Origin: Octopus sinensis
Lineage: Eukaryota
Assembly: GCF_006345805.1 (NCBI RefSeq)
Contig: NC_043005.1
Coordinates: forward strand, 27,156,001-27,220,000
Direction: 5' to 3'
Length of the DNA stretch: 64,000 nucleotides
Shown here: piece by piece, positions 1 through 11,489 of the stretch
Position numbering within the stretch: the first letter of the stretch is position 1
Layout: each line of letters starts with the position of its first letter
Program-made: the position numbers and the translations under genes
Notes under the pieces: model-generated
Told to the model about the DNA's origin: nothing
What the model saw: the letters and a program-made list of their open reading frames with translations, nothing else
The model's database searches: none

Positions 1-113
1 GTATGGCTGCAGTCAAATGACTGAAACAAATAAAAGCATAAAGAAATAACTTACATGCACACACATCATTTAATTGTGTTCAAAAGCTGTTTCACCACTA
101 ACAAAATTATGAA

Positions 114-652
114 CTACATGTGCGCTGGTGGCACATAAGAGAACCATCCGAATGTGGCCGTTGCCAGCGCCGCCCAGACTGGCCTCATGCCGGTGGCACG
201 TAAAAAGCACCATCCGTTCGTGGCCGTTGCCAGCCTAGCCTGGCCCCCGTGCCGGTGGCATGTAAAAAAAGCACCATCCATTCGTGGCCGTTTGCCAGAC
301 TCGTCTGGCACCACCATCCATTCGTGACTGTTGCCAGCACCGCCCCGACTGGCCTCGTGCTGGTGGCACGTAAAAAGCACCATCCGTTCGTGGCTGTTGC
401 CAGCCTCGCCTGGCACGTAAAAAGCACCATCCGTCCGTGGCTGTTTGCCAGCTCCGTCTGGCACCTGTGCGGGTGGCACGTAAAAAGCACCCACTACACT
501 CATGGAGTGGTTGGCGTTAGGAAGGGCATCCAGCCGTAGAAACACTGCCAGATTTGACTGGGCCTGATGCAGCCTTCTGGCTTCACAGACCCCAGTTGAA
601 CCGTCCAACCCATGCTAGCATGGAAAGCGGACGCTAAATGATGATGATGATG
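114..652 (+). mobile_element. RTE-type LINE 3' end with ~57-60 bp internal tandem repeats and (TGA)n tail
   Basis: Repeats of GGTGGCACGTAAAAAGCACC..., then GTGGTTGGCGTTAGGAAGGGCATCCAGC...GGACGCTAAATGATGATGA. The same 3' sequence follows RTE ORF2 coding sequence at 20145-20400. Confidence 0.75.
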
Positions 653-667
653 TGAATTTTATATATT

Positions 668-719
<52 letters not shown>

Positions 720-1530
720 TATGAAATGCCACATAGATACCTCAACAAGTGGTACCATCTGGACACATCATCACCACATTTACTATTTATACAACATTTA
801 CTAATTTGTTTTACGGTCTCTCCTACATGTGAGTAGCCATGTAGCTCCTTCCCTTAAGTTTCATAAGCCATGCAAGTTGCATGGCCACCCCATTAATGCT
901 GTTGGCACAAAGCATCTTTTCCACTCAGTAAAGTGGTTGGTGTTCGGAAGGGCATCCAAATGTAGAAACCATGTTGAAGCTAGCACTGGGGCATGATGAA
1001 GTCCTTGGGCCCATAGGACCCTATCGAACCACCCAACCCATGCCATTATGGAACATGGCTTTTAAATGAAGATGATGGCATATTTTCATCATTGTTTACC
1101 ATCTTTCATGCTGGTCTGAGTTGAACTGTTCAACAGGATCTTACAAGTCAGAGGACAGTGATATACTCCAATGCCTGCTTTTGACATGGTTTATAAAATA
1201 TGGTTATCTTCCTAATTCCAATTAATTTAGAGTGTACAGGGTACTTATTTCATGGCATCAGCACTATAAACACACACACACATTCCATATTTGTATGGAT
1301 CAAACATAATTCATTAATGATATTGTGTAGACGATACATAATCGAACAGTAATTATTTTGTGCTTAATCCGGTTAAGGTGAGCCAAATAAGTGTTTATTA
1401 AAATTCCTACTTTATAAATCCTATCTTGAAAATATTAGAATTTGGTTTGAAGCACCATGGAAGATAAAACAATTTATTCTTAAGGTGGTAGCATGTTGTC
1501 AACTTAATGTGACAGTCCCATGAAGGGAAG

Positions 1531-2107
1531 AATTTAAATGAAAAACTAAGAATAGTAAATCATCATTTGTAAATCTTTCAGAGAGATTTATGCAGTAGCA
1601 GCACGATAAAGTGATAGTATGTTGTCAACTTAATGTGATAGTCCCATGAAAGGGAAGAATGCTACTGTTATTTGGCCCTAGGAAACACTGTTTCCTGTTG
1701 GACTTGACACATTTCCTGTGTCCTTATGTTTTCAAAGTGGAGACAAGCACCTCTACCCAGCAAAGCCGGCATCCAGAGACTAGTTTCAAAGGCAGATAAG
1801 CATCGACAGCTAGCAAGCCATGCTACTCCAGACTGATGATGAGCAATGACTCTGAAACTAGTCTCTGGATGCTGGCTTTGCTGGGTGGAGGTGCTTATTT
1901 TCCCCTTTGAAAACATAAGGACACAGGAAATGTGTCAAAGCCAACAGGAAATGGTGTTTCCTAGGGCTAAATAACTGTAGCATTCTTCCCTTTCATGGGA
2001 CTGTCACATTAAGTTGACAACATACTATCACTTTATCGTGCTGCTACTGCATAAATCTCTCTGAGAGATTTACAAATGAATTTATTCTTAGTTTTTCATT
2101 TAAATTT
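1531..2107. repeat. Long fold-back inverted repeat (arms ~1531-1788 / 1853-2107)
   Basis: The ~255 bp arms read as reverse complements along their length (e.g. TTTCCTGTGTCCTTATGTTTTCAAA vs TTTGAAAACATAAGGACACAGGAAA), with a 64 bp spacer. Confidence 0.9.
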
Positions 2108-2459
2108 CTTTGACAAGTTTCCTCAATTTCTGTCTCCCTGTTTTATAAGATATTGGTTGACACATGAGTATAGTCCTGAATGCCAGCTGATAATGTTTGT
2201 CAAGGGGGACTGAACCATAACTTCTTAAACACATGCCCATATCATCATTATCATTTAACATCCTGTTTTCCATGTTGGCATGGGTTGGAAGGTTTAACCA
2301 GAGCAGACAAGCTGGTCCTATGACTACTTTGACTAGGTTTCTACATATATACTCTGACAGATTCCCTGCTACAGTGCTGAAGGAGTGCCAACATCAACTG
2401 GCATTCCATTTAGTTTATTCTGTGGAGGAAATCATTGGATGCTGGCCATATTCCTGAAA

Positions 2460-3720
2460 ATTTCCTATCACAGTCGACTGTCCTAATTTTCAAATGGGCA
2501 ACAAATCACTGGCAGTGAATTACTGACCAGTGTCGCTTAGCTCTTATATCAAGTTATTTGAGAGAATGGTGAGATCTCAAGAAACTCACTTCCTGGAAAG
2601 TAAGAACCTATTTATTCCCAACCAGCATGGTTTGCACAGTGGCAGGGTTAGGGTAACACAGCCCTTGCATCAGCTTGATGACATCCTACAGGCTCTGGGA
2701 GAGGGCTCCAATGCAGTTGACCATCGCATCCTGTTAAAGAAACTGTTGAACATTGGAGTCTGAGGGAAACTTACTAAAATGGATTGAATGTTTTCTGGTG
2801 AACAGAACCCAGGATGTGGTGACAGATAGTGTTCGATTATGCTCGGCAGGAATCATCAGTGGAGTTTTACAAGGCACTGTCTTGGGCCCACTCCTTTTCA
2901 TTATTTACATCAATGACATTGTTGACATCATCAAACACAACTATATTTGATTTTTCATGGATGACTCAAAGCTTCTGAAGGTTGTCAACAGAGCAGGAGA
3001 CTTTAATTAAATCTGCTCACTGTTATCCAATGGGAAGAAAAACACAATGTGCAGCTGGATGAGAATAAATTCAAATTAATCCACTTTGGTAAAATGGCTG
3101 CACTTAGGGTACTGTACACTTTTCCATTGGGCAAAAACCTCATTGCATCAAACACCACTTGAGACCTCAAAGTAATTGTAGACAAAAACTTAAACTGGAG
3201 TGCCCACATAAACAACAAAGTCAACATGGCCCACAAGGCGTGCTCCTAAATGCTCAAGACTTTTCGGTCTAGAGACACTTTTACCATTATCCTTCTCTTC
3301 TCTACCTTTGCCCATCCTCACCTTGAATACTATTGTCTGCTGTGGTTTCCCTACCTGAAGCAGAATATAATAAAAATTGAAGAACCCCAGATATCGGTCA
3401 CAACGAAAATAGACAGCATGGCAGGTCTTGATTATTGGGATCATCTCAAGAAACTCAATCCTTATTCCTCCAGCATTGCCATGAATGCTATATCATTTGT
3501 ACGATGTGGAAAATATTCCAACAGCATTGACTAAATGATGTTGGTATCAACCTTAAAGTTCACCCAAGGCTTGGTCCCTGTGCTAGCCATCCTCTATAAA
3601 AGTCATGTTTTTGTCTCATCACAACTCTAAGACAGAACTGTTTCACCTCAACTGGCCCTGTTCTCTTTAACATCATATCATGACACATGAGAGAAGAAAA
3701 AGATCTAATATTTAAATGGT
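2460..3720 (+). mobile_element. Degenerate CR1/L2-like LINE reverse transcriptase fragment
   Basis: Frame-broken pieces NQHGLHSGR, SGVLQGTVLGPLLFIIYINDI, FMDDSK, HLEYYCLLWFPY. Confidence 0.8.
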
Positions 3721-3879
3721 TTCTGGATGATTATCTCCAACAAATTCCAGATAAAGCACCAACCCCTGGATATATATCAGCAAACAATAACTCTCTACTC
3801 AAATGGGCTGTGGTACCCATAGAATGACTAATATCAATCACCTTTAAATGTCTTTTCAGGTGGTGCTATTAAATTAGAC

Positions 3880-4225
3880 ATGTCCTGGTGGCAGGCAATG
3901 CTGGCCGAAACTTATCAGTGGTTAGGGCATCAGCTTGTGATTGTGAGGTTGTGAGTTCGAATCCTGGACCAGGCTGCCTGTTGTGTTCTTGAGCAAGACA
4001 CTTTATTTCATGTTGCTCCACTTCACTCAGCTGTAGAAATGAGTGTAACATCACTGGTGCCAAGCTGTATCAGCCCTTGCCTTTCCCTTGGATAATATCA
4101 GTGGTGTGGAAAGGGGAGGCTGGTATGCATGGGTGACTGCTGGCATTCCATAAACAACCTTGCCTGGACTTGTGCCTCGAAGGGGAACTTTCTAGGTGCA
4201 ATCCCATGGTCATGGCTGAAGGGGG
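3880..4225 (+). mobile_element. tRNA-derived SINE (head with A/B boxes, central TGTGTTCTTGAGCAAGACACT domain)
   Basis: CAGTGGTTAGG ... GAGTTCGAATCC Pol III boxes. A related head occurs at ~19490-19620. Confidence 0.65.
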
Positions 4226-4846
4226 TCGCGTAGTGGTTGGCATTAGGAAGGGCATCCAGTTGTAGAAACACTGCCAGATCAGACTGGAGCCTGGTGCAGC
4301 CTCCTGGCTTCCCAGACCCCGGTTGAACCGTCCAACCCGTGCTAGCGCAGAAAACTGACGTTAAACGATGATGATGATGATATATGTGTGGATGTGTGGT
4401 AAGAAGCTTACTTCCCAAACACATGGTTCCAAGTTCAGTCCCACTGCATAGTACCTTGTGCAAGTGTCTTCTACTATAGCCCCAGGCCGACCAAACCTTT
4501 GTGAGTGGAAACTGAAAGAAGCCCATCTTATATATATATATATGTCCAGTCAATTAGATCAACCCCAGTACTCAACTGGTACTTAATTTATCTACCCCAA
4601 AGGATGAAAAGCAAAGTCAGCCTCAGCAGAATTTGAACTCAGAATGTAGTGGCTGGCGAAATACCTCTAAGTATTTCATCCAACATGCTAATGATTCTGC
4701 CAGCTTGCCACCTTAATAATAATAATAATAATAATAATAATCCTTTCTACTATAGGCACAAGGCCTGAAATTTTGGGGGAGGAGACTAGTCAATTAGATT
4801 AACTCCAATGTTGAACTGGAACTTATTTTATTGTCGTGGAGGTGCT

Positions 4847-5190
4847 ATGTCCTAGTGGTTAGGGCAGTGGACTCGCGGTCATAGGATCACGGTTTCGGTT
4901 CCCAGACCAGGCGTTGTGAGTGTTTATTGAGCAAAAACACCCAACGCTCCACAAGGCTCCGGCAGGGTGGTGGTGGCGAGCCCTGCTGTACTCTTACACC
5001 GCATTTTTCTCTCACTCTTTCTTCCTTTTTCTGTTATACCTGTATGTCAATGAGGCCAGCCTTGTCACAATCTTTGTCATGCTGAATCACCCTGAGACTC
5101 AGCCACTTGCACGTTAATTTCACGAGCTGGCTGTTTCATTGATCAGATCAACTGGAACCCTTGTCGTAACCGACAGAGTTCCACGGTAAT
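4847..5190 (+). mobile_element. tRNA(Arg)-like SINE inserted inside a minus-strand SINE
   Basis: Head CCTAGTGGTTAGGGCAGTGGACTCGCGG with a TCG anticodon-like loop. The flanking minus-strand SINE resumes at ~5190. Other copies at ~14570-14860 and, 3' part only, 17650-17860 (-). Confidence 0.65.
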
Positions 5191-5767
5191 TTTATTGACC
5201 CTGAAAGGATGAAAACAAAGTCGACCTGTGCAGAATTTGAACTTAGAACAGACAAGGCGCTGCTAAAACTGGAATTGATGAAAGCCAAAGTTCATCTTGG
5301 CAGGACACCATTTCTATAGTCATTAATCATATTTGAAGAATGAATCTGATGTTTTAGGGTTTGGTGACAAATGAGGCAGCTAGAAATAACAGCTAAATTT
5401 CCCTCAAATCATATTTGATCATCTTAAAAAAAAAATGTTGGGAAGGAAGCACATTGGACATCGTGGTCCTAGATATCTATTTTGGAAAGTTGAGGTAATC
5501 ATGAGTAGATTGTCTTTGATCAAGTCTTCTCCATCAGGATTGAATAGAGAGAGGCTAAACAATAACAGCCTATAGCAAGAATTGAACCCAGTCAACGAAA
5601 ATGCTGTCAGTGTTTAGCCCAAGGTCAACAACTAATCAAGCAGGTCTTTTGTTAAAGACGTTCCAGCCATGACCTTCCCATTTTTCATTCAATGACTCTC
5701 AAACAACTTTCAGTATCTTGTGGATTATTCTGACCTTTCCATTCTGGAAATTTTTATATGAATATTA

Positions 5768-5860
5768 GCAATACGTATACTAAAATTGGAACAATACAGA
5801 GAAGATTAGCATGGCCCCTGCACAAGGATGATACGCAAATTCGTGAAGCATTCCATATTT
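5768..5860 (+). pseudogene. U6 snRNA pseudogene, 5'-truncated
   Basis: TATACTAAAATTGGAACAATACAGAGAAGATTAGCATGGCCCCTGCACAAGGATGATACGCAAATTCGTGAAGCATTCCATATTT matches canonical U6 with 4 transitions in this core, 3 of them at CpG. The 5' stem is missing. Confidence 0.92.
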
Positions 5861-6119
5861 CTACTGACTGTATTTCATCTGTCTTTACATTCTGAGTTCA
5901 AATTCCACTGAGGTCTACTTTGCCTTCAGCCTTTTGCGGTCGATAAATTAAGTACCAGTTGCATGCTTGGGTCAACCTAATCGACTGGCCCCCTCCCCCA
6001 AAATTGTCAGGCCTTGTGCCAAGAGTAGAAAAGATTATTATTATTATACTGGCTGGCTCATGTCAATGGGCCTACTCAGAGTGTGTGCCTGTAGGCCAGA
6101 TGGAATGAGAGGAAAGGGG

Positions 6120-6176
6120 TGCCTACCTTGGGTGCCTACCTTGGGTGCCTACCTTGGGTGCCTACCTTGGGTGCCT
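6120..6176. repeat. 13-bp tandem repeat (TGCCTACCTTGGG)x4+
   Basis: Four perfect units read directly. Confidence 0.9.
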
Positions 6177-7737
6177 TTGGTGATAGGTGGTCCAGAGTGT
6201 GTGAGGTTTCTTTGGTTACCTCTTGGTGGACCCCCCCTATTGGGCAAGTATATTGTTGGTTTAATCTCCTTGTTAATTGTTGTGTTTTTGTTGGCTGTTT
6301 ACATATTTAACCCCACTGTCCCCCATCTGTGTATCGTCCTTTATGTTTTGTGCTTGGCCCTGGTGGCCAATGAAGAAAGTATCATTATTATTATTATTAT
6401 TATTATTTATTTATTTATTGCCTACAGGGAGCTAAACATAGAAGGGGACAAACAAGGACAGACAAGGGGATTAAGTCGATTACATCGACCCCAGTGATTA
6501 ACTGGTACTTATTTAATTGATCCTGAAAGGATGAGAGGCAAAGTCGACCTCAGTGGAATTTGAACTCAGAACGTAATGGCAGACGAAATACTTCTAGATG
6601 GCAGTGGGCTGGCAGAAACGTCAGCATGCCAGGCAAAACGCAAGCAGCATTTCATCCATCTTTATGTTCTGGGTTCAAATTCTGCTGAGGTTGATTTTGC
6701 CTTTCATCCCCTTGGAGTTGATTAAATAAGTACCAGTTATATACCCCTCCTCCAAAATTGCTGGCCTTGTACCAAAATTTGAAATCATCATCATCATCAT
6801 CATTATTATTATTATTATTATATATTTTTTTTGGTCAAATTATGCTGGTATTTCTGGAAAATTGCATTTTATTAAAAAATATTCATTTAACAAATTCCAG
6901 AGGAAAAGGGTGGAATAGTTCACAAAAGTAACTTCAGTTTTTCAACAGAATCGTAATCTAAAAAGTTTCTGGTACCACATACAAAGCACTGGGGCTGGTG
7001 CCAATACAAAAAGCACTGGTGTTGGTTCCATTCACTAGTGTAGCTAGAGTGTGTGCCACCCGGGGTGGCCCTTCTGTGTGCTGCCCTGAGACTCCACAAA
7101 AACCACATATTGCCTACAGCAGACCCAAAACTAGTGTCCTTTTAAAAGTGCCGGGTGGGATGGGGGAATACCCTTACCGCCCCCCCCCCTCCGCAGTATG
7201 CTAGTGGTTCCGAGTAAAAAGTTCTGGGGTGGGTGCCACGTAAAATGCACAGGTAATGGTGTCACATAAAAAACACCCAGCACACTGTAAAGTGATTGGT
7301 GCAGCCCTCAGCCCAGCCAGCTCCTGTAAAGCTCTCCAACCCATGCCAGCAGGGAAAACGGATGTTAAATTAATGATGATGATGGCATCAAAACATTTGA
7401 GATGTGGGAAATATCCGCCACTTCTAAATTTTGTTTTGTATTTTTTTAGACTTCTAATTACAATATAATAGAAATCTTATACTATTTGAAAAGCATTTGC
7501 AGAAAATTCCATTATAAAAGAACCCATTTTTCTGAAAGCAATGAGGAAACAAAAATCGAAGTGGGTGAATTATCCGAAATTCTTCACCCCAACCTTCCGA
7601 AAAAAAAAAAATTCTCTACAAATTTAGATATAATCGTAATTTATGCGGTACATTTAGCTGCTATTTCTAGCATTTGAATGACCACTTATATGCTCTGTCT
7701 GTCTCTCTCTCACATTTGCTCATCCAGTGTAGTACTT

Positions 7738-7754
7738 ATGGTTGCCTATTTACG
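7738..7754 (+). CDS. YARS2: YARS2 candidate first coding micro-exon (MVAYL-R)
   Basis: ATG GTT GCC TAT TTA CG|GTAAGG is a strong phase-2 donor matching the phase of the next exon (CG+G=Arg). It gives a basic, acid-free presequence MVAYLRLRNFGKIQRCQSST. A pyrimidine tract + CAG at 7725-7727 suggests a further non-coding exon upstream. Confidence 0.6.
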
Positions 7755-8005
7755 GTAAGGTAGACTGTGCCATCGAGAATTCTATCCGTTGATTATAACT
7801 TAAGAGTCTGGCGTCAGTGGAATTAAATGGTCAGCTCATCGTCTTCACTCATTCATTTCCCTCCTGTTTGTCTCTCCTCTTCCCATCACCCTCCTTATGT
7901 CCATCACCTTCTTCGCTTCCCGCGCAAATCGCTAAGCCCAGCTCGTCTTTCCCACTAGTGTTGAGTTACTCTCAACGCCCCAGGAGAGCCTGCAAAGGCT
8001 AAGAG

Positions 8006-8511
8006 GGCGGAGGTAAAGAATACGGATCTTTTCGGTTTGAACGGCAGTTTTTTTCTAGCGGTGTCATATGAAATTGTCACCCATAATTATGACCCTAGTA
8101 TCGATCTATTGTATTTCAATCTGTTTTAGGGTTAGGGGTGGGGGTAGGGTATCTTTTTTTCTTCAGAAATGTAAATAAACCCAATCTGTTTCTTAAACGA
8201 GGGACATATTCATACAGCACAGAATGTTTTTCACCTCAATAGACGGTCATTGATTGGTTCAAATTGCAGAAATTGAAGAAAAAAAACAACAAATATCTTA
8301 CAAACTATAGAATTTTCTCAATAAAGCCAAGAGAAAAAGATGTTTTATAAACACATTCTACCTGTATACGAAGTTTAAAAGTGTTTAGTTACGTGGAAAT
8401 TATTTTTAAAAACTGCCATTCAAACCGAAAAGATCCAAGAATACGCACACCACATGTTTTTGGCGTAACCCTATCCCTAAACATAGGGTGTGCATATTCT
8501 TTACCTTCGCC
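8006..8511. mobile_element. Short MITE with 9-bp TSD (host of a nested MITE)
   Basis: TIR GGCGGAGGTAAAGAATACGCACACC / GGTGTGCATATTCTTTACCTTCGCC. TSD GGCTAAGAG at 7997-8005 and 8512-8520. Confidence 0.8.
8024..8436. mobile_element. MITE with ~29-bp TIR and 8-bp TSD (hAT/Merlin-like)
   Basis: GGATCTTTTCGGTTTGAACGGCAGTTTTT / AAAAACTGCCATTCAAACCGAAAAGATCC. TSD AAGAATAC at 8016-8023 and 8437-8444. Confidence 0.88.
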
Positions 8512-8844
8512 GGCTAAGAGTACTAAGTAAATAAATAAAAATAAAAATTGAACCCCGCAAATCTGCAAATGGGTTTATAATGCAAGGGAGATAACTTTTA
8601 TATTGACCGTTAAAATGTAAAGAAAGAGTTATTTACCTTGAGGAAATACATTTTTTTTATGCTTTCACAATGCCAACAGAATTTGTATATAAGTTTTGAA
8701 CCCGTATTCTGTCTGTTATGTAGCCAACACCGCTACGCCAAGGGTTGTGGAACAAACGGGGGCCTCTACGTGATGATCCAAGCTGCTAGAAATAACAGTG
8801 AGATGTCTTTACTGTCGACGAAAAGAATAGGTTTATCATGTGGT

Positions 8845-9298
8845 GGTATCCTTTCGATATGTCTCGACAAAATCAAAATACTTCAATTCGGCTGTTTCCG
8901 TGGAAGCAGTGTCAACGATCAGTTGTCGAAATGGGAGGATGAGAAGAAAGCTAACGGGTTGTACGTGTATGCGTGCTTGTTCTTGTGTGTGTGTGTGTGT
9001 TCCTGTTCTGTTTTTATGTATTTATGTGTTGTGGAATATAGCTATAACGAAATTATTGCCTTGCATATTTGTTCTTACCTGCTTCGTGTGTGATTGTAAA
9101 TTAATTTCGTTATATCTATATTCCACAACACATAAATACATATAGACAGAATAGGCACAGACAAGAACAAGCACGCACGTACAACCCATTAGCTTTCTTC
9201 TCATCTTCCCATTTCGTCAACTGACAGTTGACACCGCTGCCATGGAAACAGCTGAATTGAAGTGTTTTGATTTTGTCAAGACATATCGAAAGAATACC
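8845..9298. mobile_element. Fold-back MITE, ~200-bp arms, near-perfect 8-bp TSD
   Basis: Arms 8845-9055 / 9102-9298 are reverse-complementary. Flanks CATGTGGT / TATGTGGT. Confidence 0.85.
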
Positions 9299-10084
9299 TA
9301 TGTGGTCCTTGGTTCCTTGGATGTAGGAAAAAAAAAAAAAAGAGACTGAACTGCAATGGGTTTAATTAGGGGTCTGCTTGAGCAAGTTTGACTTGGAGGT
9401 TAAGCTACAATAAATCTTGTATGGGCTTCTTATTGGCAGAATCATGAGCGTGTTGGATTTGCAGTATTCCGTCTCAAAATTCTTCGATTGACCAACGACT
9501 TCTCTTCCTATCTAAACCTATAAAATAAAACTCTCTTTCCCTCTCATCTTAATTCTCTCCATCTTCTTTTTGCTTCCCTCTCTTCAAGACTCCCTTCTTT
9601 CTCTTCTGACATTTCAGTCGAAGAGATTCTCCATTATTGTCACACTTTCATGTGCTTTGGACAGAGAAAATCTTTCTCTTTCCCCAAAAGACTTAGCTTT
9701 AAATGCCAGAAACAACTTGTACATGCAAGTGCTACCAAGCCAACAAATGTATGGGGTCATCAGGAGAGAATGCGTGCTGATTCAGGGCCTACCTCTCGAC
9801 GGCATCATTGCGCACCGGCCCCCCTCACTGATATGAGGCCTCGCTTGCTAGATCAGCTGGTTATCTGATATAGCTCAATATTCTTCTAGCTATCACCCAT
9901 CGTCACTTTTTAACCAAATCCAATGGCTAGCCTTCTCCACTATAGTTTGGATATCAGTCATGGTGGTATTTACCTTACGATGAGTTAAGCCTAACAATAA
10001 CAACAGAACTTTAAAAATTTAATACTTTGCTTATCTGAATATAATATACTTTATATATTTATATAAATGTTGTATTTTTTGTAG

Positions 10085-10198
10085 GTTAAGGAATTTTGGT
10101 AAAATACAGAGATGTCAGAGTTCCACCGCAATAACCAATAAGAATATTCTTCAGTTACACGAAAGAGGTCTCTTCCAGAATGTCTTTCCCCCTGAAAG
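10085..10198 (+). CDS. YARS2: YARS2 exon 2 (LRNFGKIQRCQSSTAITNKNILQLHERGLFQNVFPPE)
   Basis: tttttgtag acceptor and AG|gtaact donor. The 'L..RGLF..FP' motif is typical of the bacterial-type/mitochondrial TyrRS N-terminus. Confidence 0.85.
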
Positions 10199-11489
10199 GT
10201 AACTTAATCAATTCTTTATTTGTTCTATTTTCTTTTTTTTTTTTTTTTGGTTTCACATACATTAAAGCGCCAATGATTGCTTGTAACCAACGGCAACAAC
10301 CACTTACCTCTGTCAGTCACTATGTCTTGAATGTGTTGCTTTTCTGGGCATTGACACACTAAAGGGCCATCATCATCATCTAACATCCGTTGTCCATGCT
10401 GGCATGGGTTGGACAGTTTGACTAGGGCTGGCACGCTGGAAGGCTGCACCAGACTCCAGTCTGATTTGGCATGGTTTTCTACGGCTGGATGCCTTTCCTA
10501 ATGCCAACCACTCTGAGACTGTAATGCGTGCTTTTACGTGTCACTGGCACAGGTGCCATTTGTATGACACCAGTGTCTGCCATGACTGCAATTGTTGCTT
10601 GGTTTGGTGAGTTTTCTTCTCAAGCACAACGTAATGCCAAAGGTTTCGATCATTGCCTTCGTGAAGCTCAGCACTTGAAAGGAATGTCTAGTGTAACAGC
10701 TGACTTAGTAGAAGCCCACAAGATTATCCAGACCACACACACACAAACAAGAAAATGAGATGACAAAAAATGAAGGATTATTTTATGAAGTTCATTAGCT
10801 TACAGCTGTTCTGCTATAAGATGTAGTGGACTCATAGTTGAGCACCTGAGTAACACCTTACAGTTTCATCAGAGCCTCTAACACTTTCTTCTGAAGCTTA
10901 CGTATATTGAGTTCTACAGGTTATTAGTCTCGTAATCTCTAACTGGTATATAAATGGCAGGCTTCCTTCAGTTATTGTCTCTCAAGGGTTTGGTTGTCCC
11001 AGTTCTATAATCAAAAATGCCTGTCCGGGATTCCACACATTGGGACTGAGCCTAAAACCATGTAACTGGGAAGTTCCAATATTGGACCCTGCTGGTGGCA
11101 CGTGAAAAGCACCATCCGAATGTGATTGATACCAGGTTTACCTCTCTGGCTCTTGTGCTGATGGCATGTAAAAAGCACCAACCAAACCTGGCCGATGCCA
11201 ATACCCCCCGACTGGTTCCCATGCTGGTGACACATAAAAAGCACTATCCAAACATGACCAATGCCAGACCCGCCTGACTAGCTCACATGCCGGTGGCACG
11301 TAAAAAGCACCCACTACACTCTCAGAGTGGTTGGTGTTAAGAAGGGCATCCAGCTGTAGAAACATTGCCAGATCAGATTGGAGCCTGGTGCAGCCACTGG
11401 CTTTCCAAACATCAGTCAAACCATCCAACTCATGCCAGCATGGAAAGCAGAGGTTAAACGACGACAATGAAAATACCATCCATACACAT

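Noticed and set aside
5768-5860. Functional U6 gene
   Set aside because: The 5' stem-loop is missing, there are CpG-type substitutions, no recognisable upstream TATA/PSE, and a shortened T-tract.
8140-8170. Telomere-like TTAGGG motif
   Set aside because: Only 1-2 imperfect units, inside a MITE. Not an interstitial telomere array.
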